Positions 1-13,400 of a stretch of DNA of 64,000 nucleotides are shown piece after piece (within the stretch, counting starts at the first letter, position 1; every line of letters starts with the position of its first letter). Position numbers and translations under genes: made by a program. The notes beneath the pieces were generated by a model that was given only the letters and a program-made list of their open reading frames with translations, was not told where the DNA came from and made no database searches. The stretch is from Vicugna vicugna. Its lineage: Eukaryota. The DNA lies in contig MU058781.1 in NCBI GenBank assembly GCA_013265495.1, forward strand, positions 3,411,050 to 3,475,049, in the 5' to 3' direction.

Positions 1-2859
1 GCAACCGTTTATAAGAGCAGCAATTAGAACATGACAGTCATCCATCAGGAAAACTTGTGGTCCAGCCCTAGATGTCAGGCAGTACACTGGGAATTTTATG
101 GGGAGATGAGGATGCCCTGGTAGACACCACTGCAGATGGTTAGGCCAGCCACCACCATCACTATAAATGCAAGAAATCTGAGTATGTCCCCCTACAATGA
201 ATATGTATTGTGCATCAGATGGATGCAAGGTTAGAGATAAACTGTAGCCATCCTCATTTCCCCTTTATAAGATTTATGGGTCTAGCTTGAACTTCTTGGT
301 ACCTTCACTGTGAATGTACTTAACGCTTAATAGTTCCATATGTTCTATGTAGTATTTCATTGTATGTGATCTAAATTTACTGCTTTTGAACTTCACAGAT
401 AGATCCCCAGGTTCCAGCATTCTGAGACCAGATAAGCATGTTTATGTTTGGCTTCATGACTTTGTGACTTTGCTTTGACTGCTTCTCAGCTTTCGCCTGG
501 ACGGTCACAAACAGCCCTCCCATCAGGGCACTGTCCCATCCAGCTCTTTTCTGTCGCCCTTCTCTGGACCTTCTCGCCTTCCTTTTTGCCTGTTTTACAG
601 AAGGTTCAGGTTCAACAACCCAGTCATTGATTGGCTGGCCCTCTCCTTGCCTGCTCTCCCTGGGAGCGACGGCACTGGTCTGCATTGCTGCAGAAATAAA
701 CAGTAGAGTGTGTTTTTATCGATGACTGATAATTTCTAACAAAATATTGATCTGATGAACAGGTGTTGTTTTTTTTTTTCTCCTCATGATTCTAGGAACA
801 TCTGTATTTTTGACTCTTTGAGAGCCCTTTCCCAACCATGAATAAGGTGTAATTTGACTTTTACAAAGTCGAATTTCATTGCTGCAGAGATGACCAGCCC
901 AAGTGACCTGGTTAGCTGGAGAGCAACCCCCTCTCCTGCCCAGCGTCAGCACCTCAGCAAGGCCTGTTTCCCCTCTGTTTGTTGTCACCTTCCCGGGTGG
1001 CCTTCCCGGGTCAATTTAAAAACAAAAATATTTCTTTGTGAAAAGTGGCACTGAAACAAAGTCCAGTGCTGATGATGCAGTGCAATAATGGCCTTCGATT
1101 TTTAGGATCCTGGAAGGTCTCAGGACATCAGACACTTGCTGTGGTTTCCAGGTGCGGGGCTGGCTTCAGGCTGAGGGCATTTAACACAAATTGCTTGTTA
1201 CTCTTGGATCCCTCGGTCAACACGTTTTGCCTTTCCTGGCATTTGGCCATGAAGAAGGCCAAGCTACCTTAGAGTCCCCAGGGTGGCCCAGCGGGGTTGG
1301 TGGAGCGCCTGTGATCACCTTTCTTGCAGCCAGAGGGATCTGATTTGGTAGTTTAGCGATACTAGACTCTTATTTAAGTTCTAAGTATACTTCTTTTAGG
1401 CTCTTTGTGGCTTTGGGTGGGTGCCTGTATCTGTGGAAGGAGATCAGACAGTCTAACCCACTGGAACCAGGTGGCAGATGACTGAGAAATTCTTACAATA
1501 CTTTCATTCATTAAGATACCAAGTGCTACTCTCATTGTCAAGGACTTCTGGTACATCAGCAGTTATAAATGGGCTTCTACAGCATCCACTGCTGGTGTTA
1601 ATTTTAAAAAGTGAGAAGAGAGACGAGGGATGTATTTGTGTGGCCCAGACTCATTCTGTGCATAAAGGACAGTTTTCAAGCAGGAGGATCGACTTAGAAG
1701 TCACCTGCGGGTTTAATTTTCTTGTCTGAAGTCGTAAGCCAGAGCTGTGTCAGGCTGGGAAATACTGCTCCCTTGGGTTTTATGGCTCTGTGACACCATT
1801 TGGGTTTATTTTTCTTGTTCTCTGGTGGTTTTTGCTCTCTCCACTCCCATCAGCAGAGACAGTTTTATGAATATGCTGCGTCTCGATCAGCCTGGCTGCA
1901 GAAGACTCATCCACCCCTAAGTCAGCAAGCAGAGAGCCTTGTGTATGTCCCAGCAGGACCAGCCGCTGTTGTTACGGATGCGAGAGGCAGAGTGTGTCCT
2001 CCCACAATCCATAAATACCATGCAGCAGGGAGATGCAAAGCATTTGATTCAGCCAGGTGCCATCAGGGGTAAAGGAGGCATTTTTAATCCCTGGATTTTT
2101 ACAGGTAAAAGTGTCTGGGTCTCAGAAAGGCTGGTTCTGTTTCTTAGCTGATGAGTAGCAGAGAATGCAGGTTTCCTGACTTGGTTCTGAATCCTTCTCC
2201 ACTAGCTCTCAGGACTGATGCAGGGCGGTGTGGATCGGAAAGACACACCAAAACCTGGGCGACTTGGCCTTTTTCTCTTCCCACAGTGCTTTGTTGTGAA
2301 CCTGGAAAACTCCCAGGATGGTCCCTTGGCTGCCTCTTTGCTCTGTGACTTGATTCACTTCCACCAGGCTTTTTCACCCACTTGCTTATAATGCAGCCAC
2401 CATCCTCGCTGCTGCTTTCGTGGCTTCTGGCTCCCCCTCCCTGACTGGGAAGCACCAGGTGAGGTGGACTCTCACAGGGGCGGCAGGAGCCCTGAGAGTA
2501 ACGCTGCAGATGTCTGTAGTGCTTCGCAATTTACAAAGCCTGCCCACGTTATCTTGTCTGACCCTCGCGATGACCTATGGGAGAAGCCCGGAATACATTA
2601 CTGTTTTTTCAGAATCAATTAAGACCGCATTTGTCGAATTCCTGTCACATATCAAGGACTGTACTGTGGTTATTTTGTACTCGGGCCCTCTGCTAACTAG
2701 TTTGGGGATTTTGTAAAATTATAAAAAGGTGCCCTTTGGAGGAATGAATTACACAAAGTTCCCCCGTCCTCTGGGATGACTCATACCCATTCCAGGACAG
2801 ATCTCGGGCTGGATTTCAGCCCACGCATCCTCTTACATGGAGATTGTGTAGCTGTTAAT

Positions 2860-3045
2860 CCATTTACTTCTCATAAGAGACTTAGAAGGTAGGCAGTATT
2901 CCCTTTCTATGGATGAGAAAACTGAGGCTCAGGAAGGATAAATGTCTTAGGCAGAGAGTAACAGGGCTTCTTGCTCTTAGAGCTAAGATGAAACCAGCTC
3001 TTCTGAGTTCTAAGCTCGTGGTGATTTCACCAAGGCCATGCTACC
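2860..3045. mobile_element. MIR SINE
   Basis: Core gatgagaaaactgaggctcag. Similar MIR remnants lie near 3990-4140, 8700-8870, 14690-14900, 16330-16460, 18030-18220, 19350-19470, 22770-22990, 33680-33840, 36990-37110 and 50770-51000. Confidence 0.7.
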
Positions 3046-4878
3046 CTCAGCCCGCAGCCAGAGCCTCCAGCAGCCCTGCCTTGCTCTCCTGGAGCGAGTA
3101 CCAGGGCTGGCTGTCCTCCTCCAGAAGGTCCTGAGCACTTGTCATTTTGTCAATGGAGGGAGCAACCTCTTCTCAAAGTAAAGGCTCTGAGAGGGTGGCT
3201 TCTCACAGTGATCTGGGGGCTTATTTTACAAAGCAGACCCCCGAGCCCCATGGTAAACGTACTGAATCTGAATCTTCGCAAGTGAGGCCCAGGAATTTGC
3301 TTCCCCCCAACCTCCCTGATGAGGTGGATGAAATTACTGCCATAAGAATTTGGCATCTTAGAAAGGAAAGGTGGGCAGCATGCAGTACAGTCCATGTCAG
3401 TACAGAAATGTCAGTGCCTCACTGAGCAGAAGTGAGGATTGGGTGTTTATTGGGTTATCTTCGTTGTTGGATAAATGCATATTGTACACACACGGCAAAT
3501 CAAAAATCATTAAGAAAAAGACAGGGAATCTAATGCACTGAATCAACTGTAGGAAAAGCTAAACATTTGATTAAGTGTTTATTGCTGGAGACGAAATTTT
3601 GAAGAGAGGCTCTTTTAGGCAAACTTACCTGAAACATGCTTAGAGTATTCTAAAGCAAATAAAATGGAAAAGTCCACCCACAAGGAAGTAAGAAGTCTTA
3701 GGATTCACAAAATACTCACTGATAAGTGATTTTTATAAATATAAAATTGAATTGAAAGTGCCATTCGACAAGTTGGTTTAAAAACAAATCCTGTAATTGC
3801 AAACTTTAGATCTAGGCAAGTTGCTCATTAAGTGAGTAGAGTTTAGGCAAATTAGTGTTCTCATAAATTGGTTTCTGGCAAATTGGTCTTTTACTTTTTA
3901 CATGTTGGAGACACAGAGATAGAACCTGGACACCATACTGATGAGGAGACAGCCGTGTAAATGGGAAGGACGGAATAGTGTCTTCAGAGTCCAGGGCCGT
4001 CATCTGTAAAAGTGAAATGATAATAGTGTCTACATCGCTGGCTTGTTGAGGGGATTGAGTTGGTTAGATGTATACAGCGCTTGGAACACTCTCTGGTGCG
4101 GGGTAAGCATGGTGGAAGGGTTGGCTTTAGCTTATTACTGTCATCATCATCACTGCCACAGTGGGTCCAGCCAGTGATGTAACCATCAGGAAAGGTTTTC
4201 AGGAGAGATTATGTTTGAGCTGAAGCTCGAAGGGACAGTAGGAATTAACCCAGAAGACAAAACAGAACTGAAGGAAAGTCACCAAGCCTCAGGGGTTTGA
4301 AACGTCAGGTGGTTTGGGGAACCCAGCAGTTCAGGAGTGAGGGGTGAGCTGTGTGCAGGTGCCACCAGGCTCCCAGAGTGTGATCGGAACCCCCCCACCC
4401 TACAGTTTGAAGAGCCCACCGTGGATGCCACGTGAGCGGGCTGGTCAGCCCAGCTGCCATGCTCACGTCCGGTTCCCACGTGGGGCACCCGAGCCTTCTC
4501 TGTGACCATGAATCCGATCAGGCGTCCTCTCAGGTGGGCTGATTGTTTCCAGATGAGGGAATTAAAGTTGGCGGCATTAAAGTCACCTGTGGGGGGACAC
4601 ACCCTCAGTGGACCTGGACCTTGGGCTGACTGAATCCCATGCCTGTTGTATAATGGCAGAATTGTAGGCATCCTGCATAGCCGAGAAAAGACTTCTTTGA
4701 AGGTCCATGAGTTTCCAAGAGCAGACGAGTGTGTTTGTTCCCCCTTCCCACAGCTGGCTCAGCCTGACAGCTGTGTGACAGACACTGCGACACCTGGGTC
4801 CCTGAGCACCCCTGGCACCAAAGTGCTTCGAGCAGGAAGTGAGAGCTGATGGATGCTTGTTGAGTGATACTCACCTGA

Positions 4879-5316
<438 letters not shown>

Positions 5317-5580
5317 TAATGGAGGGAAGGGTGAGGGCAAGAGGGGGAGTTTGGCTGGGTTGGGGGTTGGGGGTCCGACCATGAACAAGAAATCTGGAGA
5401 CCAGGGCAAGGGCTCATCCCCACTGTAGGGTGGAAAAAGTTTAAAAGTAAAATCAGACCAAAATCTGAATGTCAAGTATGGAAGGAAAAAAAAATAGTGT
5501 TGTCAATTACCAAACTATAGAACAATCGCGTTCATCAAAAAGAAAAAGTAGCACGTAGACGTACGTACGTGTGTGTGCGT

Positions 5581-5612
5581 GTGGATGGATGGATGGATGG
5601 ATGGATGGATGG
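5581..5612. repeat. (GGAT)n microsatellite
   Basis: gtggatggatggatggatggatggatggatgg. Confidence 0.95.
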
Positions 5613-8600
5613 AGAGCACATTTGTGCCTCTGTAAGCCTTAACCTATTTTGGAAGCATATGCACATAGTCATTACTGTGGTAACCCCTAGGGCAGGGAGA
5701 AGGGGAGAAAATCTTTTTTATTTCGTGTCCTTCGGTACTGCTTAATTGTCTTTTAATTTTCTATATTTTACTTTTATGTTGTAAAAAACAATGTGAATGT
5801 GAAATAAGAAAAGAAGAGAACTGGCAGGGTGGTGGTGGAAAACCAGAGAGATGGGAAAGGTGGAGAGGTACGCCCTTGTTCTTGCTGATAGAGGGAGCAG
5901 AGTCCTGTAGGCTGATTATGTGCGTTTGAGCCTCTCATTTTTACCAGCAACTGGTGAGGCCCCTTCTTTCACCAGAATCTGCCTCCAATAGCATTGCAGG
6001 GAGGTCTGCTAAGAGGATTCCAAGGGCAGGTCTGCAGCAGAGATCCTGACTGCCCACCACCCAGGGAGGTCTCTCATGCTGGTTCTGAATTGCTCATGTG
6101 TGTATGCACGTGTGTTTTCAAATACCACCTCGCTGGTGCCCAGGAGGTAGCTGAGATTTCCCAGTACGATTCCCAGGCGTGTTGCCTGACCCAGTTCCCT
6201 GGCAGGCCAAGAGGGAAGTGTTGCAATCTGGCATGAGGATGTGTCTGAGCTGGGGTCCTGAATGCCTGTCCCAGGTTAGTTAAACTGGGTCCTGCAGATG
6301 GGAAGATTGCAGCCCGAGAGCCCAGCCGATCACCAGGCTGAGAGCCAGAGGCAAGATGGACACAGTCGGGAACTTTCTGTTGTAGTTTCCCAATGCTCAG
6401 TGGCTTCCTCCCTCCTTCCATCTCAGCCAGGTACTCTATGTTTGGGAAATTAGTAAACTCTAAGGGAAGTTGTTATCACTAAGAATTCTGGCTTGACAGG
6501 TTCATGTGAATATCTACCCTCACTGAAAAAAATATGTATATATTTGGCCCACTGGCATCATTCTCAACTACTGTCATTGTTAATGAGGACAATAATTATT
6601 TAGAATTTGATGGTTCTTTGTAGTTTATCACACACCTCTGTTACCATCTTAATCCTCACATTACCTAGGGAAACTGAATCAGCAGAGAAATTAAGGAAGG
6701 CTGTGTTCCCCAACACCAGCTACTCAAAGAGTGGTCCAGAAACTTGGTGCCCATCTGCAGAAATTATACAGAAACTGAGAGCAAGCTTTTAGGTACCTTT
6801 GTAGCAACTTATAAAAAGGGGTTTTATTTGCTGTGCGTTTTTATTGTATTTTTTTAAAGCATCAGTTTGTGATGGATTGAAAGTTAAAATATATAAGTCA
6901 ACCAGCTGACCCACAAAACTGGTCCTCCCCACAGACATTTTTAAAAGTCCTGCCCTAGGTAGTAAGCCAAGGGTCCAAGGCTTCAAGGGTCCCGGGTCTT
7001 CCTCCTGCAAATCTAAAACTCTTTGGACTATAGCACAATTAATTTCCTGCCCCCACGTCTCCCGTAACCCTCAGTACATTTTTGTATCTCTTCAGGAGCT
7101 TTAACCATCTGGAAAAGATACTCATGACAGTGGATATTGGCTAAAAACATTTCTACTTAAAGCATACATGCCATTTAAAAAGTTTCCATTGAAAGTATTA
7201 ATTAACAAATTACATGAGATTCATTAGTTCAGAAGTTTCTGTGTGTATTTGTAGAATATTGAGCATAGGCCAATGGGAAAGTCTATTGGACCTACATGGG
7301 GTCAGGTTCTCTATTGAAATGAATCAGAGAGAGTGAATGGGAAGGGAGATAATGGGATAGTGCAGCGGGGTGGGGGAGGGGATCGGAGGAAGGATAGCAT
7401 GAGCTTGACAGCTGAACCCAGGCAATCTCCTGTGCTTTGTGCCACCCTGAGACCCTTGTTACCTCCTCGGTCTCCCCGCCTGCCCACCCTGGGCCAAGGC
7501 ACAAGGTTGTTCTGGTAGACCAGCCAGGACACGGGGTTAATGCATGCATCGCTTTGACAAGATCGCCCTCCAGAGAAAACGAGGCCTTTGGTCCAAGCAA
7601 AGAAGGATTGAGAGAGCTTTCTGAGCATCCACATTATCTTCCAGGAGTCCTGGAAGGATCTGGGAGCAGAAGGGGGTCACAGGCACCTTTCAGTTTAGTG
7701 CTGTCTCCGGGGAGGTCATCCTTCTTTTTACCCCCTGAAAATACTCCCTGCTACCTGTCAACATGATTTCACTCTTACTCTGACCAAGTTTCATTCATTC
7801 AGAAAGAATCATTTCTCTATTCTGGCAATATCCAGTGACAGAAAAAAAAAATCGCAAAAAGGAAGAAATACTACTGAACGCAGAACCTGAGATCTCTTAG
7901 AACATCCCATATAGTCCAGACCCTGGTGAAATGTTGTACGTAACTTGAAAATCAAATGATGAACTTAACAGCATTAATGGCTGACGTTGGACCGTAAATA
8001 TGAATACATAGTCATCATGTAATTGAAAGGGGCCCCCGAAGACCACTGATGCGGCTAACCACTGCCTTTTGCAGCCTTTCTGACCATTTGTCCTCTGGTC
8101 TCTGAAAGAATGGGACCCCCCCCCAGGTACCACAATGGCACAATCCATTGTCCAGAAAGTCTGATTATTAGAGTTCTTTTTTTTTTCAGAGTTCTTTCTT
8201 ACATTAAGTTAAAAATTTTACTTACTATAACTGTATTGTCCCAGCCTTGTCGCTAATCTTCCTTTCCCATGAAAGGCTTTCAAGAAAGTCTTTGAAGACA
8301 GCTACTATTTCCTTTATCAAATGGCTTCTCTCTTTCAGGCTGATAATCCCATGGAATCATCTGTTGACATGGTTTCGAGACCCTTTACCATCTTGTAGTC
8401 GCTCAAGATTACTCTGTTTTGATTTGTATGAAGAGTTTCTTAACCATTACCCTAACCCAAACTTGCTTGATGATACTAAAAAGTCATGCGTAGTTAGTTA
8501 CGTAGTGTTGGCTCACCAGATTTGGGGTAAGAGGTACAGAAGGAGAGAACTAGAGACAAGTTGAAGCAAACTTAAAGAGTTCTGTATTTATCTGAAGTCA

Positions 8601-10164
8601 CCGGCTGCCCTAGGCAGCGTGGCCAAGCTGGAGGCGGCCCCCGCTCCCCACATCATGGCTGAGTGCCTGGGTTCCAGAATCTAACTGCCAGGATTTCAGT
8701 CTCAGAGATACCACTACGTTTTGCCTTTGATTCCTCATCTTTAAAACAGGGATAATAATACCACCATCAACCTCGTTTGGGTTGTTTGCGAGGAACAAAT
8801 GACACCGAGTCCACATCAGGCATCTTATTACATGATATATAAGAAGTGTCCCATAGATGGTGGCGAATGTTAAGCAGAATTCTATGGAACTCAGAGTGTG
8901 CCTTCAGTGCCCCTGAAAGGCATATTCAAATAGATTGGATCCAATCTGGTTGGAAATTTTGTCTCAGTTTCCTTGAATTAGATCATCTTCTTTTATCTTC
9001 TCTTCCCTGATGATTCACATCTTTTTTGAAGGTGACTCCACAGGGGTGACCCTACTGCCTCCTCCCACGACTGCGTTGCTGCCACCCAGGGCCACCCCGT
9101 CTGTCCTGATCCTCTTTCCTCAACCATGACTAGGGCTTGAGCCTGGCAAGGAACCTCCCTCTCAGCTGCTTTCCTCCACTAAGGAGAGAGATTGAGCCCA
9201 TCCCAGAAGAAGAGCTGGGGGCGATGGGGGTGTGGTCTGAGAGCCCTTGCTCCGCTCCCACTGCTGGCTTCTCCCTGTAGCTGCAAACCAGTGCCCTGGG
9301 ATGATGGAGAGATGCCACTGGGGTGAGTGTTGCACCTGCCTAGTAAGTCAGGGAAAGAGGACAGTCAGTACGCATGGCTCTGCTCACGGCTCCTGATCCA
9401 GCCCCTGGAGCCAGGAGCAGGTCAGAGCGTCTGTGGATCGAGGCCTGGCAACAACCCTGGAGCTGCTGGAGGTGGGAGGGAGCCTGGCTTCTGTGTCTCT
9501 TTCCCTCCCTCCCCTCCGAGCCCCATGTTCCTGGAGCTCCTTAGCCTTAGAGTCTTCTGAGCTTGCTTCTCTCCTGGGTGGGGCAGACTCCAAAGGAGAA
9601 AGGAGGATATATAAGAAGCAACCTTTCTTTGTCCCCTGGGGTAAATGAGCTTGATCTGCAGATGGAGAGAACCAAAGCCTCTGATGTTTAATTTCCATAA
9701 AAATTCAGAGAGAGAAATATACATATCTATGTATATTTCTTTAAATTTTCACATCTTTGATAGGTCTGTACAAACAACCCATTCCCACCGCCTGAAGCCT
9801 GAGTGGGCACATGGAAAAGCTCTAAGTGTGTTTCATTCAAAAGTATTGGTTCAGTGGTTTAAACTTTAAAAAAAAAATTATACAATTTTTTTTTAAATAT
9901 CTGCAATAAGCTCTGTGATCTGGTTGGCATCCATCCCGGAATACAGACTTAAAATTCTAATCAGCCTCTGATTTTCTTTCCCATCCTAATTCAGTTGACC
10001 AGTTCTGTGTCCTCTGGTTTCCTTCTTAGTAAAATGAAGTGGGATGTGTACCCCTATTGACCCTGAAGGAATGTTAGGAAGTTCTGAAGGGAGTGCACTT
10101 GAAACAGATCTTCCCTTTCTCTATGAAAGCTGACTTCATACTTCTGGTTACTCATACCAAAAAT

Positions 10165-10450
10165 TTTTTTTTAAATTTTTATTTATTTATTTTTTAATTG
10201 AAGTACAGTCAGTTACAGTGTGTCAATTTCTGGTGTAAGGCACAGTTTGAGATTTGCAAATGTTAGCATATATATATATACATATATATATATATGTATA
10301 TATTTATGTATATATATATAAATAGATTAAAAAAACAAGTTTCTTCTGTATAGCACAGGGAAGTATATTCAATATCTTATAATAACCTTTAATGAAAAAG
10401 AATATGAAAAAAATATGTATTTATATGCATGACTGGGACATTGTGCTGTA
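10165..10450 (-). mobile_element. 5'-truncated, 5'-inverted L1 3' end with internal (TA)n
   Basis: Poly-T plus ttgaagtacagtcagttacagtgtgtcaatttctggtgta (antisense 3' tip), followed by sense 3'UTR sequence ...tgcatgactgggacattgtgctgta. Confidence 0.8.
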
Positions 10451-13400
10451 CCAGAAATCTTGAGGTCACCCTTGACACCTTTCCTTTTCTCGTACCCCAT
10501 GTCTGATTGGGCAGCAAGTCCTATCTCATCTACACTGAGAATACGTCTAGGCTGGGCCCCTTCCCACTGCTGCCACTGCCCATGGTCTGAGCCCCCGTGG
10601 TCCCTCCTACCTGGTCTCCTGCTTCCACACCTGCCTCGTCAGTCTGTCCTTGACACAACAGTCAAAGAGATGAGGTTTAGCAAAAATCAGATCATGACTG
10701 TTAGTTCTCTAGGGCCACCGTAGCAAAGCACCCCAGACCCAGTGTATCAGCTGGTAGGCAGGCTTCTCTGGAATCAGACAGAAACAGCCAAGAGAAGAGG
10801 GAGGAGGGGAGTGAGAGAATATTCTAGGCAGATTAGAGGAAGGAGTGATAACACTGTCTCCAAACAGGTGATGAGATTTTTAATAAGCAGAGACAGGAAG
10901 CAGTCATAGAGGGTGAGAGAAATGACGGACAACTGCAATCTGACAGACGTAAGGAGGAACCTAGGAACCACTAGAGAGAATACAGAAGATCTTTTTACAA
11001 GATCAGGCTAACAGCTGTCCCAAATGGTTTACTCATGTGCTTCATAAAGAAAATCCCTACAAGTGAGGTTGTCTGCTAAGGACCTGTCCAACCCTGTAAC
11101 TCCACGTTAGAGATACTGAAGTAGATTGTAAACTCTAATGTGAATGTTTTCTAGAAATACAGTGGTTTTACCTCTTCTGGGATGTTAGTTGTACATCTAT
11201 GTTAATACAGCTAGTCCAGACCAACAATGGCCAACCAGACCCAAGAAGGCTTCCAGAACCATCTTGAACTCTTAGCAACACTTACTGGGTACTGCATACA
11301 TTAGCTAGGGGTTAAATTACTACCTGTCAAGAATATTGAAGAAGGAACGATTTCAACATTGGACAGAAGAAATTGAAATCAGTCTTTATAATTCTGGCAT
11401 TCCGTAGTTATCTTTTAGGGCTTTCAAAGAGCATGTATAAAATGTATAAAAACATTTCAGGGTGACAATTACTTTTCTTCATGTGGTCTCCAGGATAACA
11501 GGAAATTCTAAAGAATAATTCTTGGTCCTGACCTGGATGATCCTCAGGGTTCCTTTTAGCTTTGACAGTCTGACATAATTACTGCATTGGTTTATGTTAA
11601 TATTTCCACCTGCAAATCAGTGTCCCGTGATGATCAACAGATGTGCCTTGGTGCCCTAGCAAAAGTGAACCTCTGAATAACTACGTCTTATCTGCTTGAA
11701 GTGGCATTTGTTTGAAGAAGTTTGGTATCCTGTTCACTGTAAAGTAAATGGCATACATTTTCAAGCAAAATGTGTTTCCAGAGAAAGACTTTCTTGTACT
11801 GATGACCATCTCTTCAAAATCTCATGCAATTCTGGTGACACATTTGTCCCTGACTCTTTGAGGCCAGAGTTATCAATCTCTTTAGGTCAGTACTTTGATT
11901 TTACAGCATGTATTTATCATCCGTAAGTGGCTGCACATAGGTGGTGGTGTGCAGTTTAGCTGCTATTTTAACGGGCACGGTGAGATTTCAGTGCAAGGTA
12001 ATGTCACCCTGAGCAGGAGAGAGCCTTCCCTGCAAGGCTAGTGAGCAAACTGGTCAGAGGAAGGTTAAAATGAGACTAGATGAATCACTAACATCTTTTG
12101 AAGTCTTAAGAGGATGAAAAAGGAAATATATAAAAAAAAAAAAGACAGAATCTGCTTCTGAATTCTTATGTGTACATCAGCAGAAACCTTGCCTTTGCCC
12201 CGTGTATCAGTATTCTTTGATCTTGGAAACCATTGTCCAGAATGATTCTGCAAGCTAGAGGAAGTGTTTTAACAAACTAATGGATAATATCCATAATGAC
12301 TGGTTTATCAGAAATTGTTGGTGTTTAAATACATCCCTTTTTAAAACAGCAACTACCAACATTGACATTTATGAAGCATTATTTTCTGATCTTGCAGCAG
12401 CCTGTGCCAGGTAGGGAAATAGGTTTCTCCATTTACCACTTGGGGAACCGAAAGACCAAAATGCTCAACCAGTGAGTGGTTCAGCTGAGACTCAAACATA
12501 GGTCTCCTCGCTTCATGTCCTGACTTCCTAGCGCCACCATCCAGCCAAGCAGGATGTAGGGCATTGGCTGATGTCTAAGGAGAAAGTCATGTGGAAAAGC
12601 TGCCATTGTGTGGTTCCTCCATCAGACATGGAGGTGCTGTTGGTCAGACTCTGGGTGTCGTATGGTTTTATTCATCACATCCCAACCCCAGACACTATTT
12701 CAGAAATGTGGGTCATTGGTCCCTGGAGGGACAGAGAAAGAGATATGAATGAATTTATTTAAATTCATTACCACCATTGGAAAAAAGGCAGCTCAGAACA
12801 CATTCTCTACTCAGGAAAGCTTCGTCCCCTAGTCTATATATAGAACAGCATCGTTTCCTGCTGACTAAAGCCCACCGAAAACACAAAAGCTCCAATGTTG
12901 AGTTTCTTATCTTAGAAGGCTAATCCTAGGCCATGGTAAGACACACAGTGTGTGCCTACTTTCCTAAAATGAAACCGATGAACTGTTTTCTTGGGTTTCA
13001 GTGGTTATTTCTGTCACTCTTTCAGCCTCAGGCACTGCAATTTGTAACATAATTTCTCACATGTTTTTAAGCCCCGAGAAGAAAACAGCTGATTGTCCCC
13101 TCTCCTCTCCAAGAACTCCTTATAACTCTGTGCAGTGTAAATTACAGAAGCCGTTCCTACTGAAGTTTAATTTCATTTTTGGCATCATATTGGAGGGATT
13201 TATAAATTGTCTCTGTCCTTTCAGGAGATTAATGTCTTTTTTTTTTCTTTCATTTTGACAGTAGTTGCATTTGTAATCAGATGCCGGAAAGCAGTGTCCC
13301 TTTATGACACGTTTTTCTTTAGCAGTGGTGGTGAAATGGTTCCCAGGTATTTTCCAAGAAGATTAAGGATTTAAAATAGTGATTTTTAATTTCAAAACCT

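Noticed and set aside
5643..5652. Single CArG box CCTATTTTGG (and a lone AP-1 site ATGACTCAT at 2776-2784)
   Set aside because: Isolated short motifs are expected by chance in 64 kb.
10700..11105. Possible ERV/MLT LTR
   Set aside because: It has an MLT-like start (tgttagttctctagggcc), but I could not establish the termini or family by eye.
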